From IMG/VR virus record IMGVR_UViG_3300017565_000001, positions 77,741 to 141,740 of that record: a DNA stretch of 64,000 bases. One strand, given 5' to 3'. Source of the DNA: a virus (Duplodnaviria > Heunggongvirae > Uroviricota > Caudoviricetes). Positions 46,326-55,567 of this stretch are shown here, one piece after another. Under the pieces are notes generated by a model, which saw only the letters and a list, made by a program, of their open reading frames with translations, did not search any database and was not told the DNA's origin. Numbering within the stretch: position 1 is the stretch's first letter; every line of letters starts with the position of its first letter. The translations under genes were made by a program, and so were the position numbers.

Positions 46326-46604
46326 ATGGCATATACTTTCAACGACGTAGTTCGTGAGATCATACTGAAGCGTGATGGCCATCTCTACCTGATCAAAAAC
46401 GTTTTCAGTGCCGCCACTGACGACGAGTTCAAGGAAATCGTCCAAGCCAACATCCCCGCTGGAATCGAATACGAAATCAAGTTTGGCACCGCAAGCGGCG
46501 GTGGTTCGGCCATGTCTGGTGGTTGGGCTACAGCGGCAATTCGCCTGACGTTCAAGAATCAAGATGATCGCAAGAACGTGCGTCGTCACTTCAAGACGCT
46601 GTAA
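46326..46604 (+). CDS. hypothetical protein (codon-optimised)
   Basis: ATG after leader ACATGGTAAACGCAACGGAGCAAACGCAA. Confidence 0.5.
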   Translation: MAYTFNDVVREIILKRDGHLYLIKNVFSAATDDEFKEIVQANIPAGIEYEIKFGTASGGGSAMSGGWATAAIRLTFKNQDDRKNVRRHFKTL

Positions 46605-46629
46605 GCTGTTCAATAAGACTGGAGAAAAC

Positions 46630-46983
46630 ATGTTCAAGTTTCAAGGATCGTACAACAACGGCCGGCCCACCATCAACGGCAAGCGCGTGAGCCTACTCAC
46701 GTGGTACGGTTTTGCCTGGGGCTTGTTCGGCGCAATGATTGCTCTCGCCATCGGCATGTCGGTTCTGTTCTACCTGGGCTTCCAGAAACTCGGCCATCAC
46801 CTGGGTGTGAGTGGGCCAATGATCATGATCATCGTCATGATCGTAGTCATGATCGTGTTTGGTCGCATCAAAATTAACGGGCGTTCGTATAGCCTGATGC
46901 CCGATAACAAGCTCGTTCGAGTTGTTGCTAAAACGATCACGGTGGTGGCGGTAGTTACTGGCCTGTTCTCGATTCTGTTCTGA
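46630..46983 (+). CDS. membrane protein
   Basis: Three hydrophobic helices, including MIMIIVMIVVMIVF. Confidence 0.5.
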   Translation: MFKFQGSYNNGRPTINGKRVSLLTWYGFAWGLFGAMIALAIGMSVLFYLGFQKLGHHLGVSGPMIMIIVMIVVMIVFGRIKINGRSYSLMPDNKLVRVVAKTITVVAVVTGLFSILF

Positions 46984-47076
46984 AAATATTTTCACATGGT
47001 GTTCATTTAGTGCTTGATTTATAGCCAAATGAACGTAGAATGTGATACATGGTAAACAACACAAGGAGTTAACGAA

Positions 47077-47616
47077 ATGGCTGTCACCAACAAGACCCTG
47101 CAAGAGATCCTGGCAAACGTGAACGGCGCTTCGTTCATCTCGTTCGACACCCTGACCGACGTGACTCTCACCGGCGGCAAGAAGAACCCCCACCAAGGCC
47201 GCGTCAAGAAGCTGCACGAAGGCGCCCAAGTGATGGTCTTCCAGAACAAGAAGTCCAACGCTTACGAAAACATGGTGAAGCGTCGCCTGGAAGCCGAGGG
47301 CAAGGATCCGGAAAGCTTCGAACTGAGCCCGCGCAAGTGGGGCACCCGCATTCCCGAGACCCCGTTCATCGAACACAACGGCGGCCTGTACCTGGAAGTG
47401 ATCTTCCTGAAGCCGGGCAAGACGACCCTGCTGGTTGACGGCAAGGTGTACGACGAGAAGCTCCACGGTGAGATCGCTGGTCTGGAGCGCAAGGTCGATG
47501 AAGACTCCCAGGGCGGCCTGGAAAACAAGGTCGAAGTTCGCACGTTCAAGGCCTCCAGCATCCGTCAAATCCGGGTGAACAAGGAAGAGTTCATCCCCCT
47601 GAACCCGGCTGTCTAA
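47077..47616 (+). CDS. hypothetical protein (strongly codon-optimised; probably abundant)
   Basis: GC3-rich codons. Leader ACATGGTAAACAACACAAGGAG. 179 aa. Confidence 0.55.
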   Translation: MAVTNKTLQEILANVNGASFISFDTLTDVTLTGGKKNPHQGRVKKLHEGAQVMVFQNKKSNAYENMVKRRLEAEGKDPESFELSPRKWGTRIPETPFIEHNGGLYLEVIFLKPGKTTLLVDGKVYDEKLHGEIAGLERKVDEDSQGGLENKVEVRTFKASSIRQIRVNKEEFIPLNPAV

Positions 47617-47633
47617 GCTGATCCGTTGAACTT

Positions 47634-47660
47634 GATGGGGGCTACGGCCCCCATCATCGT
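47634..47660 (+). terminator. intrinsic terminator
   Basis: GATGGGGGC-TAC-GCCCCCATC. Confidence 0.5.
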
Positions 47661-47671
47661 TAGGAGATTCA

Positions 47672-48085
47672 ATGCATACGAACGTCGTCGGCCTGCTGCA
47701 TGCCATAACCATGATGTTGCATACGTATTATGTGGCCGGTTACAAGCCGACCGGCCGCACCTGCAAACGAATACAAGCAACGTTTGATATATTAGTGGCT
47801 AATGGTCTCCCATCCGATACCAAGCTGCTCTTGGGACAATATACTCGGGGCCGATTTGTAGTTCGGAACGGTGCTTTCACAACCGTTCTCACTGCCGATT
47901 TCAACGGTACAAGAGCTAGGACGTACAAAGGTGACGGCACTTCGCGAATGTACCAATATGACTTTGATTTGCAAATACCAACTAAAGAAGAATTGGTCGA
48001 ACAGGATGAATGCAAGGTATTCAGTGATCTATATCGAGAGCTCAGCAAAAAGATGATCGAGCTGAATTTGGACGATATAACTTGA
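47672..48085 (+). CDS. hypothetical protein
   Basis: ORF. Confidence 0.5.
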   Translation: MHTNVVGLLHAITMMLHTYYVAGYKPTGRTCKRIQATFDILVANGLPSDTKLLLGQYTRGRFVVRNGAFTTVLTADFNGTRARTYKGDGTSRMYQYDFDLQIPTKEELVEQDECKVFSDLYRELSKKMIELNLDDIT

Positions 48086-48135
48086 TCTCTCCAGCTAATC
48101 ATGTATCATTTGGCTAACTGAACAGGAGACGCCAA

Positions 48136-48414
48136 ATGATAACGCTCACCCAAGAACAAATCGTTGAACGCATCTACCAGAAGGTTCGCACCGAGGGTGA
48201 AGTCGTTCCTCGCAACTACCAGACTATTGGTGGCATGTGGACTGTTGATACTTGGGTTCTGGGCAACGTGAAGGCGCAAATGATGGATGAGGGTTACACT
48301 CATGTCATCATGTGGAAGGGTCTCCGTGTGATCGAAACTCACAACCGTCCCTTACAGTATACCGAGGGGGATGAAGCGGTGTTGCGCCACCTGGCTGGTG
48401 TGCTAGGCTTCTAA
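48136..48414 (+). CDS. hypothetical protein
   Basis: ORF. RBS CAGGAGACG. Confidence 0.5.
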   Translation: MITLTQEQIVERIYQKVRTEGEVVPRNYQTIGGMWTVDTWVLGNVKAQMMDEGYTHVIMWKGLRVIETHNRPLQYTEGDEAVLRHLAGVLGF

Positions 48415-48431
48415 CACACAGGAGGGAAAAC

Positions 48432-48842
48432 ATGAAATTGCTACTGATCGACGTTTCCGGAAGTGCAATGGTTGGCGACTTGTTGTCAAACCTCGTCAAT
48501 CGAATCCTGTTCGATTTCGATGGCGACGTTGCGGCGTTTGATCATCGGTTGGTGATTGAACCCACCAGTAAGGCTGAGTTCAACGTGGAAATGTTGAACC
48601 GTGGTGGCGGTGGTGGCGACCTCTACGGGGCTATGAAATTGATTGACCCCAAATATGACGAGATCACTCTCGTCAGTGATCTCATACTGAATTGGTCTCC
48701 GGAAATCGGAGCGATTCACATCAATCGCATACGCACCATCTACCAAATCGTAAGTGGCGACGACGAGTATGCTGACACCTGGCTTAACAACTTCTTTGGT
48801 GATATCGACTACAAGGATATCCAGGTCATTCGTGTAAGTTGA
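48432..48842 (+). CDS. hypothetical protein
   Basis: ORF. RBS CAGGAGGG. Confidence 0.5.
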   Translation: MKLLLIDVSGSAMVGDLLSNLVNRILFDFDGDVAAFDHRLVIEPTSKAEFNVEMLNRGGGGGDLYGAMKLIDPKYDEITLVSDLILNWSPEIGAIHINRIRTIYQIVSGDDEYADTWLNNFFGDIDYKDIQVIRVS

Positions 48843-48873
48843 TTCACTAAATAGTCATAGGGAGATTACACCT

Positions 48874-49233
48874 ATGACTGAATTTTGGAAAGACCAAGAA
48901 CGCCTTCACCGCCTCGCGGGCATCATCGCCGAAGATGAGGACGAGGACCGTGAAGAAGAAGAGCTGAACGCTCTCTACGACCACGAAAAACAAGTTGAAC
49001 GCCATGTCCTGCAGGTGTTTAAAGAGCTGGCCATTCCAGTAACAGATGGGCCAGTTGCTGTCCTTTACGACACTATCAGCAAGGAAGTCAATGTGATCCT
49101 GGACGATCAGCCTGGTGGGTTCTCTATCAAGCAATTGGCGGGTCTCTACCGTTCAGGTATGGGCGATGACTACATGATCGAAAACCACGACGACGTCCAC
49201 CTACAAGTCACATTCAAGTGGAACGCAGTATAA
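48874..49233 (+). CDS. hypothetical acidic protein
   Basis: ORF. RBS AGGGAGAT. Confidence 0.5.
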   Translation: MTEFWKDQERLHRLAGIIAEDEDEDREEEELNALYDHEKQVERHVLQVFKELAIPVTDGPVAVLYDTISKEVNVILDDQPGGFSIKQLAGLYRSGMGDDYMIENHDDVHLQVTFKWNAV

Positions 49234-49236
49234 GAA

Positions 49237-49262
49237 AAGGGGAGCATAAATGCTCCCCTTAT
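49237..49262. terminator. bidirectional intrinsic terminator
   Basis: AAGGGGAGCA-TAAA-TGCTCCCCTT followed by ATTTCATTGTTTCTTTTT. Confidence 0.65.
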
Positions 49263-49263
49263 T

Positions 49264-50406
49264 TCATTGTTTCTTTTTCAGTACGAACAATCGCTTCGCA
49301 CTCGAATCCAACTCTTCAGTCTCATATCGGTCAGCCAAATATCGTTTGACGATCTTGGTATAGATATTGGCTCTAGCATTGCCGGCACCACCCTTCATAG
49401 CTGAGAACATGATGGTATCTGGAGCGTATTCCTTGATGAACTCATTCAAGCTGGCAATAACCATCGAGAACACTTCCTTTTCACCACCACTACCAGTCGC
49501 ATCGTATCTGGCTTTGCCATCCTTAAGTTCACGGAAGTCGATTTCCCAATATGGGAAGGAACGATCGGTGGCTAGGCCGGCTTCAAACTGAATGATGCGG
49601 TCGTTGATTTCTGCTTCAGTCTTAAAGAAGCTACGACGTTTTGCCAACACCGTATAGTCAACGTTTGAGTTGAACAATTCGTTCAACTGTTGCTCAGTCA
49701 AACCCTCCAGGCTTAGTTGCTTGTCCTTGAGTTCCAGGATTCGATCAAATAGGCGTTGTTGATAGCCACGAGTTCTCAGGATCTTGAAAGCCAGGTTCTC
49801 AGGGCTAAATTCGCCGCCAGCTTCCAGGCCAGCCTTGCGCATGTTCTTGAGATCATCCCACATTGCTTGAGTCTGTTCCAGATCGTCGTGTTGCAGCACC
49901 GTATTGATGCGGTGACTGAATGAATCAACACGGCTCAATACGGACAAGTCATCAATTTCTGCACGGATGCGTTTGGGCACGCTTTCCCACTTGCCACGAA
50001 GTACTGAATAGATACCAATCGAATTGACTGGGTTGTTGACGTTCTGCACATAGAACTCAACATCAAAACCCTTAATCTTTTGATTGTGGGTGAGATTGTA
50101 GAGGTTCTTCTTGGCATCAAACAGTTCAGCGTAGAGTTGTTCCTGGGCAGCCGGTGTTTTAACCACCAGATGCAAGTCGATATCTGAGTGTGGTGTGTAG
50201 GTATACGCAGCGTTTGAACCGCTCACCGTAATATCAACCAAGTTTAGTTCATCAAGACCCAAGAATTCTTGGAACTCAGCGGCCATAGCCAGCAATGCTT
50301 CCCTGACTTCAGGCTTCATATCACCATCGGACCAGATGGCAGGATTGAGTCTTTGGTGGAAAACGATTGCGTCATCCAAATAGCTGTCTTCATCAATATT
50401 GTGCAT
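49264..50406 (-). CDS. Pol-beta-superfamily nucleotidyltransferase with uncharacterised C-terminal domain
   Basis: GS-X10-DxD motif VSGSNAAYTYTPHSDIDLHLVV with a downstream third acidic residue (IKGFDVEFYV). Lone minus-strand gene. ORF is open to 50556. Confidence 0.55.
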   Translation of the reverse strand: MHNIDEDSYLDDAIVFHQRLNPAIWSDGDMKPEVREALLAMAAEFQEFLGLDELNLVDITVSGSNAAYTYTPHSDIDLHLVVKTPAAQEQLYAELFDAKKNLYNLTHNQKIKGFDVEFYVQNVNNPVNSIGIYSVLRGKWESVPKRIRAEIDDLSVLSRVDSFSHRINTVLQHDDLEQTQAMWDDLKNMRKAGLEAGGEFSPENLAFKILRTRGYQQRLFDRILELKDKQLSLEGLTEQQLNELFNSNVDYTVLAKRRSFFKTEAEINDRIIQFEAGLATDRSFPYWEIDFRELKDGKARYDATGSGGEKEVFSMVIASLNEFIKEYAPDTIMFSAMKGGAGNARANIYTKIVKRYLADRYETEELDSSAKRLFVLKKKQ

Positions 50407-50474
50407 GGGAGAGTCTCGCCTAATATACCAACTGGTATTTATGAACGATCGCTGCACCATGTTATAAATTTGGC

Positions 50475-50837
50475 ATGATCCCCAAAGCATCCTTTCTACG
50501 CCTATTGAGCCAACTCGATCTGCATGACTGTGGCTCACCTGCACCAAACCTACCACGTTTAAAGGAGTTGGCCGGGCACGATGTCATGTACGTGCTAGAC
50601 AACTATCCGAATTTCAGAGAAGCGCTGCGTGACTACCTGGTTAGGGAGTATCAGTTGGTGATCAGGTGTAATTTTGATGGGCAGACGTGGCCCATGTGTC
50701 TTGAAGTGCCACAACCGCTCCATAACCAAGCTGACGCGGTAGTTGAAGCCTTCGAATCGGTTGCAGTAATTCGAAGGCTTATCGGGATCAAGGGCTTTGA
50801 CGTACAACCATGTGTGATGGTTAAGCTGGGGAAGTAA
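50475..50837 (+). CDS. hypothetical protein
   Basis: ORF only. Confidence 0.35.
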   Translation: MIPKASFLRLLSQLDLHDCGSPAPNLPRLKELAGHDVMYVLDNYPNFREALRDYLVREYQLVIRCNFDGQTWPMCLEVPQPLHNQADAVVEAFESVAVIRRLIGIKGFDVQPCVMVKLGK

Positions 50838-51654
50838 GCTGTATCGCTACCTCTTCCAATGTGTCTTTGACGCTTGTTAGGCCTCTACCTTGCACCAATG
50901 TGACACTATTCCGCCCAAAGACCTTCATGGCAGCCTCTTGGTGCGCGTGGTTGATAAAGGCTGTCCACAGTACGCAACCTTGACAAGACGGGCCCCTGAG
51001 ACCCACCAGGCGCGGGCTCTCTTCACTGGAAACGAATTTTAGGTCCACAACCCCATCAACCGCTCGTTCCAGCTCTTCTTGTTGCTTCCCCAATGGTCCC
51101 ACTACGAGTAACTTAGGGAGAACTTTGGTTGAACTAAGAGCCTTTGAATGTAACTTAGGGAATTCGTTTTTGAACTCTTCCCGTAACACTTTCATCGTCT
51201 GGCTCGCTATGACCACCGCAATGTTGTGAGCAAAGTCATGAATTATGTTTTCTAGCTTTCGTTCATCAAGCTCACCGTCTTTGGATGAACGAAAGACCAA
51301 CTGATCGTCGGTCTCATGTAGTTGATCCCTTGCTCGCTCCACTGCGGCAGTTCCGTTTAGCTCAGCCTGTTGAGCCGCAGCCTGGGCCGCTTGCTCTTGC
51401 TTCTTACGAACAAGCACTCGAACAGCTTCAAGGACGGGCTTTAGATTCTTGACACCCTGTAGGGATGGGCGTGGGCGATGTAAAGCTAAGGGTAGGGCCA
51501 TTTGAGCGTCATCTATTATTCGACTCAACGGCATGGTGGGCTTTAGTGGGTCCTGGGCGTGAGATTCACAGAATGATATCCACCGCTCGGCCACGAGCTC
51601 AAACTCTTTTGCTCCCCAGCGTATGGGGACACGACGAACTGTTCTTGAATTCAT
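50821..51654 (-). CDS. hypothetical protein
   Basis: 277 aa ORF, divergent from the 51838 gene. Confidence 0.45.
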   Translation of the reverse strand: MNSRTVRRVPIRWGAKEFELVAERWISFCESHAQDPLKPTMPLSRIIDDAQMALPLALHRPRPSLQGVKNLKPVLEAVRVLVRKKQEQAAQAAAQQAELNGTAAVERARDQLHETDDQLVFRSSKDGELDERKLENIIHDFAHNIAVVIASQTMKVLREEFKNEFPKLHSKALSSTKVLPKLLVVGPLGKQQEELERAVDGVVDLKFVSSEESPRLVGLRGPSCQGCVLWTAFINHAHQEAAMKVFGRNSVTLVQGRGLTSVKDTLEEVAIQLTSPA

Positions 51655-51778
51655 TTACGTCCTCGCGAAAGTAGTTCATTCTTAGTGCGGTAACAATTTT
51701 AACTTAGTACCGCGAGTGCATGATACACAAAAACCTAGAATAAACATGAAGTTGCCACATTTTGTTGAATGGTAAACC

Positions 51779-51798
51779 TTCTTGCAATATTGCAAGAA
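51779..51798. promoter_or_regulatory. perfect 20-bp palindrome TTCTTGCAATATTGCAAGAA in a divergent promoter region
   Basis: Read directly. Shares the CAATATTG core with the 28126 palindrome. Confidence 0.45.
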
Positions 51799-51837
51799 TT
51801 ACAATACCATATGAACATTCATCTACAGGAGAAAGCA

Positions 51838-52184
51838 TGACCGCTCTGTCCCCACAAGAAGCTTTGGCTCGCTGCAATGCAAATACTGGTTCCCACATCC
51901 CAGGCTTCGTCATCGATGCAGTGAATGAACTGCTGTTGAAAAAGCTCTCCAGTAGCGGTTCCGCTACCCTGTTCAAGAACGAAGTCGTGGGGCGAATCAT
52001 CAATAGTCCTGCTTTCAAATCCGCACATCCGACCATGGATCCTCGAGAAGCTAAAAACTTCTTGTTTGAACAAAAGTGGTTGGACTTCGAACCGGTGTTC
52101 CGAAACCAGGGCTGGCGAGTTGACACCAAGTGGCCGGCGTTCAACGAAACGTATGAAGGCCGTTGGGTGTTTGAAGCCAAATAA
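51838..52184 (+). CDS. hypothetical protein
   Basis: ATG after RBS CAGGAGAAAGC. Confidence 0.5.
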
Positions 52185-52273
52185 TGCGGCGGTAATCCCA
52201 AGTCCATACAATAATGGCGAGAATTGTCTCGCCATTTTTGTGAGTTCCGTCCGTGGAGTGGGATCAGTATTTT

Positions 52274-52762
52274 ATGAGTTTGGCCTATCTAGTGGCCATG
52301 AAGAGCAAGGACGAAAGTACCAAAGTGGGTACGGTAATCGTTGATGATGAAAATGAAATTCTCGCTACTGGCTATAATGGCTTCCCTCGTGGATTTGACG
52401 ATGACATCGCGGAACGAAAATTCAAACCCCTGAAGTTGGTGTATACCGTTCACTCAGAGCTGAACGCTTGTTTGTCAGCCGCTAGGAAGAATATCAGCCT
52501 GAAGGGGAGTCGTGCTTATGTGACATGGTCTCCATGCAGCAAATGCGCGTTGGCATTGGTTCAGAGTGGAGTCCGAGAAGTCATCATTCATAAAGAGAAT
52601 CCCGTGCGCCCCTCATGGACTGAAGAAGTTCAACTTGGTGCTGATATCCTGGCTGAAGGCGGTGTTACTCTGAGGGAGTGGAGTGGTAGCATCGTGACTC
52701 CAGTCATATTCAAAGGTGGTGAAACTCACGATCATTCATCTGTTGATTGTTGCACCAAATGA
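52274..52762 (+). CDS. dCMP (deoxycytidylate) deaminase
   Basis: HSELNA (zinc ligand HxE) and SPCSKCA (PCxxC). Confidence 0.8.
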   Translation: MSLAYLVAMKSKDESTKVGTVIVDDENEILATGYNGFPRGFDDDIAERKFKPLKLVYTVHSELNACLSAARKNISLKGSRAYVTWSPCSKCALALVQSGVREVIIHKENPVRPSWTEEVQLGADILAEGGVTLREWSGSIVTPVIFKGGETHDHSSVDCCTK

Positions 52763-52802
52763 AGCTATAGTTGGTACATATTTGTTCACCCTTAGGAGCA
52801 AG

Positions 52803-53091
52803 CATGGCCGCTTATAATCTTGATGCCCGCAATTCCCAACACGCTCGTGACATTCGCGCGAACGAATATCAAGAGATGATCGCGAATGAAAAGCCCGATC
52901 ATTGGTTTGCTACGGCGTGCGGTGTGATCATGTTCATAGTTGCCACGGTTTTCATCACGATGCTGGGTTGGATGGACATTCGTGATGCAGCCGATTACCT
53001 GATGAGTCCCGTTCTGGGCGTCGTTGCTGGCTACATTGCTGGTGTTGGGACCTCGTTGTTCGTCAACATGTTTTGTCCCAAGGCTGCGTGA
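52803..53091 (+). CDS. small membrane protein
   Basis: Two TM helices. RBS TAGGAGCAAGC. Confidence 0.45.
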
Positions 53092-53182
53092 TGCGTACTT
53101 GGTTTCCCGTTATTCTGATCGGACTGATTAACCTCGCGGCTGTTTTGCTGTTGTTTCTCATCGCGTTCGCATCCAGAACGTC

Positions 53183-53211
53183 TTGACGCCAAATGAATTA
53201 CTTTGTATCAT
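53183..53211 (+). promoter_or_regulatory. promoter TTGACG-N17-TATCAT with CCAAATGAA box
   Basis: Family member. Confidence 0.5.
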
Positions 53212-53245
53212 TTGGCTACGGTTAGATACAGAGAGGAGAAATACA

Positions 53246-53640
53246 TGGCGCGTCAAAAGAAAAACTACAACGGATGGACGAAGGAACACATCCAGTATCT
53301 GTTGGCCACCAGCAATAAAGCGGTGGAACGCGCCCTGATTCAAATCTACAACCGCCAGACTGCTTATGAGCAACGGGCGGAAGAAGCCCAAGTCCACAAC
53401 AACGCTGGTTTCACCGCGTTTGATGCAGAATTTCTCACAAGCGTGGCTAAGGGCTATCTGCAATACGGCAGCCTGACTGCTCGTCAAATGCCCATCGTCC
53501 GCAAAAAGATGATGAAATACTGGAAGCAACTTCTGGATATCGCGGCAGAAAGCGGCACCATCCCCAAGTTTGATCCACCCCTGGATCCCAAGCGGGGTGA
53601 TCGCGCTACTCCCCGCAAACCTCAAGGTGATCTGTTGTGA
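53246..53640 (+). CDS. hypothetical protein
   Basis: RBS GAGAGGAGAAA. Confidence 0.5.
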
Positions 53641-53873
53641 GTGGCATCAATCGCTGGTACATCGCAACCACAACACCAACCGGATACAAGCGGTTTGGTG
53701 CAAGGGTCATGTACATGAAGCGATCGTGTGATCAGGTTATTGTCATGTACGAGAAGGCCGAACACTTGGTGACGCCTGATGAAGCTCGTGAACTTTTCAA
53801 TCGTCCTGATCTGGTTCCCAGATATTTGCAAAAGCCACTTGACGACTTGCTGGCTATCATCCACAACAATTAA
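53637..53873 (+). CDS. hypothetical protein
   Basis: Coupled ORF. Confidence 0.45.
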   Translation: MSGINRWYIATTTPTGYKRFGARVMYMKRSCDQVIVMYEKAEHLVTPDEARELFNRPDLVPRYLQKPLDDLLAIIHNN

Positions 53874-53915
53874 ATTCTAACCATAAATATCTCACGTTAA
53901 CTCACATGAGATATT

Positions 53916-55520
53916 ATGCATTCAATTTGCTTTGCCTTTCTGGACTTGAGCCATAAGTTTGCTGACAAACAAGTGGCTGACAAGTGTTATCAGATCACTC
54001 GCCTACATGCTAATCGGTTGTTCCCCAAGTCACCAATGTTTTACTCTGGTGACTACGAGGCAATTTTGGCGTGGGCAGACTCCACACATTCCTCATATCT
54101 GATGATACTGGGACCAGGCACCGTTCTGTTAAATGAGCAGGCGGTGCTTAGTTGTATCAGGGAAGTGGGCGAACATGAAACCATGTTATTGGGTGACATC
54201 TCCATCCCATCACCTGCTTATGCGATGCTGGAGTACACTGCTGCCTTTTTGGACTTAGACCAATGGCGACGATCCAAGAAGCCTCATTGGGGTAAACCTG
54301 GTGGCACCCATCCAGTAAAGATTCCATATCAGACTAGTGCCGCACCAGATATACTGACGAGTACAGGTATGACTGAGGACAAGACTACGATTGGTCACGG
54401 TCACAATATCATTCATAAGTCTTTGGAGCACCACAAGCAAGTCAGAACCCTACCAGTGGGATTCAGAAACAATGCGAAGATGATGCCAGTTATCGAGTAT
54501 CAGGATAAACTAGCTGAATGCTTGTTTGAAGATCTTATCTATTACCAGGATGAGCTTGATTCAGAGACATATCTGGTTCTGGCTATGATGTACGATGAGA
54601 CCTTGGAGGGGACTATCTGCAGGCTGACTAATGAGAACGGTTTGGTTCCTTGGAGAATCAAGACGGTACAAGAAGCTAGACAGGATACGAACCAGCCAGT
54701 AGTGGGTGACGACGGACAGTTGAATATTAGGGAAGTAGTTCAACCCATCATTACTAGTCATCAACCTGCCATATTGGATAGTATGGGCCAAGTAATGGCG
54801 AAGTCAACGAATAATACCATATTGATATCAAGCACTACGTTATTGGTTCCAGGACTTCAAGGATCCATCACGGAGTCTTCGCCAATCGTTTCCAATAATA
54901 CCAAGACGCCTACCAAACAACCAACCAAGCTACCAAGGACACCTGGATGTCGTAAACTCCAGGTAGAAATCTCGAAACTCTACAGTGTACCAAACGGTTT
55001 CCGTCCCCTGGAGATATTGATGGAGTATGGCTTCACATCTGATACTGAAGTCATCTATTTTGCTAGAACAACTACGGAGCTGGCATTTAGGCAAGTTCTG
55101 CTAGAAGACTGGGATGGTGAGAACTTCCCCAAATTCATAGGGGATTATGCAGACATGTTTCGCTTCGACATCGCACGTTATGATGTCCCTGCGGTTTGGC
55201 AGAAAGCCCTAGAAACGTTTGGCGGGCCTAAAGAGTTTAAGGACTTGTGGCAAGCATATAAGAAGCTCAGACATCACTATACCCTGGTGGGTAGGGCGAA
55301 ACGTTTTGAATTAGCGGTCGAAGATGGGCCGGGCGTCTATGTTTACTGGGATAACTTGTTCACCAACTACACAACACATTTTCACTCGTCATACGCCGAG
55401 ATAGCTTCTGACTTCTCTTGGTTCTACCAGGACTTGCTAAAGCAAAATCCAGATATGCTAATGGAAGGAACTGACTATTGGGGCCGCCCGTCGTGTAATC
55501 ATTTGAAGCAGCGCGTATAA
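53916..55520 (+). CDS. hypothetical protein (534 aa)
   Basis: Long ORF. No motif recognised. Confidence 0.5.
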   Translation: MHSICFAFLDLSHKFADKQVADKCYQITRLHANRLFPKSPMFYSGDYEAILAWADSTHSSYLMILGPGTVLLNEQAVLSCIREVGEHETMLLGDISIPSPAYAMLEYTAAFLDLDQWRRSKKPHWGKPGGTHPVKIPYQTSAAPDILTSTGMTEDKTTIGHGHNIIHKSLEHHKQVRTLPVGFRNNAKMMPVIEYQDKLAECLFEDLIYYQDELDSETYLVLAMMYDETLEGTICRLTNENGLVPWRIKTVQEARQDTNQPVVGDDGQLNIREVVQPIITSHQPAILDSMGQVMAKSTNNTILISSTTLLVPGLQGSITESSPIVSNNTKTPTKQPTKLPRTPGCRKLQVEISKLYSVPNGFRPLEILMEYGFTSDTEVIYFARTTTELAFRQVLLEDWDGENFPKFIGDYADMFRFDIARYDVPAVWQKALETFGGPKEFKDLWQAYKKLRHHYTLVGRAKRFELAVEDGPGVYVYWDNLFTNYTTHFHSSYAEIASDFSWFYQDLLKQNPDMLMEGTDYWGRPSCNHLKQRV

Positions 55521-55567
55521 ATATCCTATATGTTAACTGGAACAGACCAGAGATAAAGGAAACCCCA

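Noticed and set aside
46693-47712. 339 aa minus-strand ORF spanning several + genes
   Set aside because: It runs antisense across the codon-optimised 47077-47616 gene. Such GC3-rich genes routinely generate long spurious antisense ORFs. It has no start context or motif.
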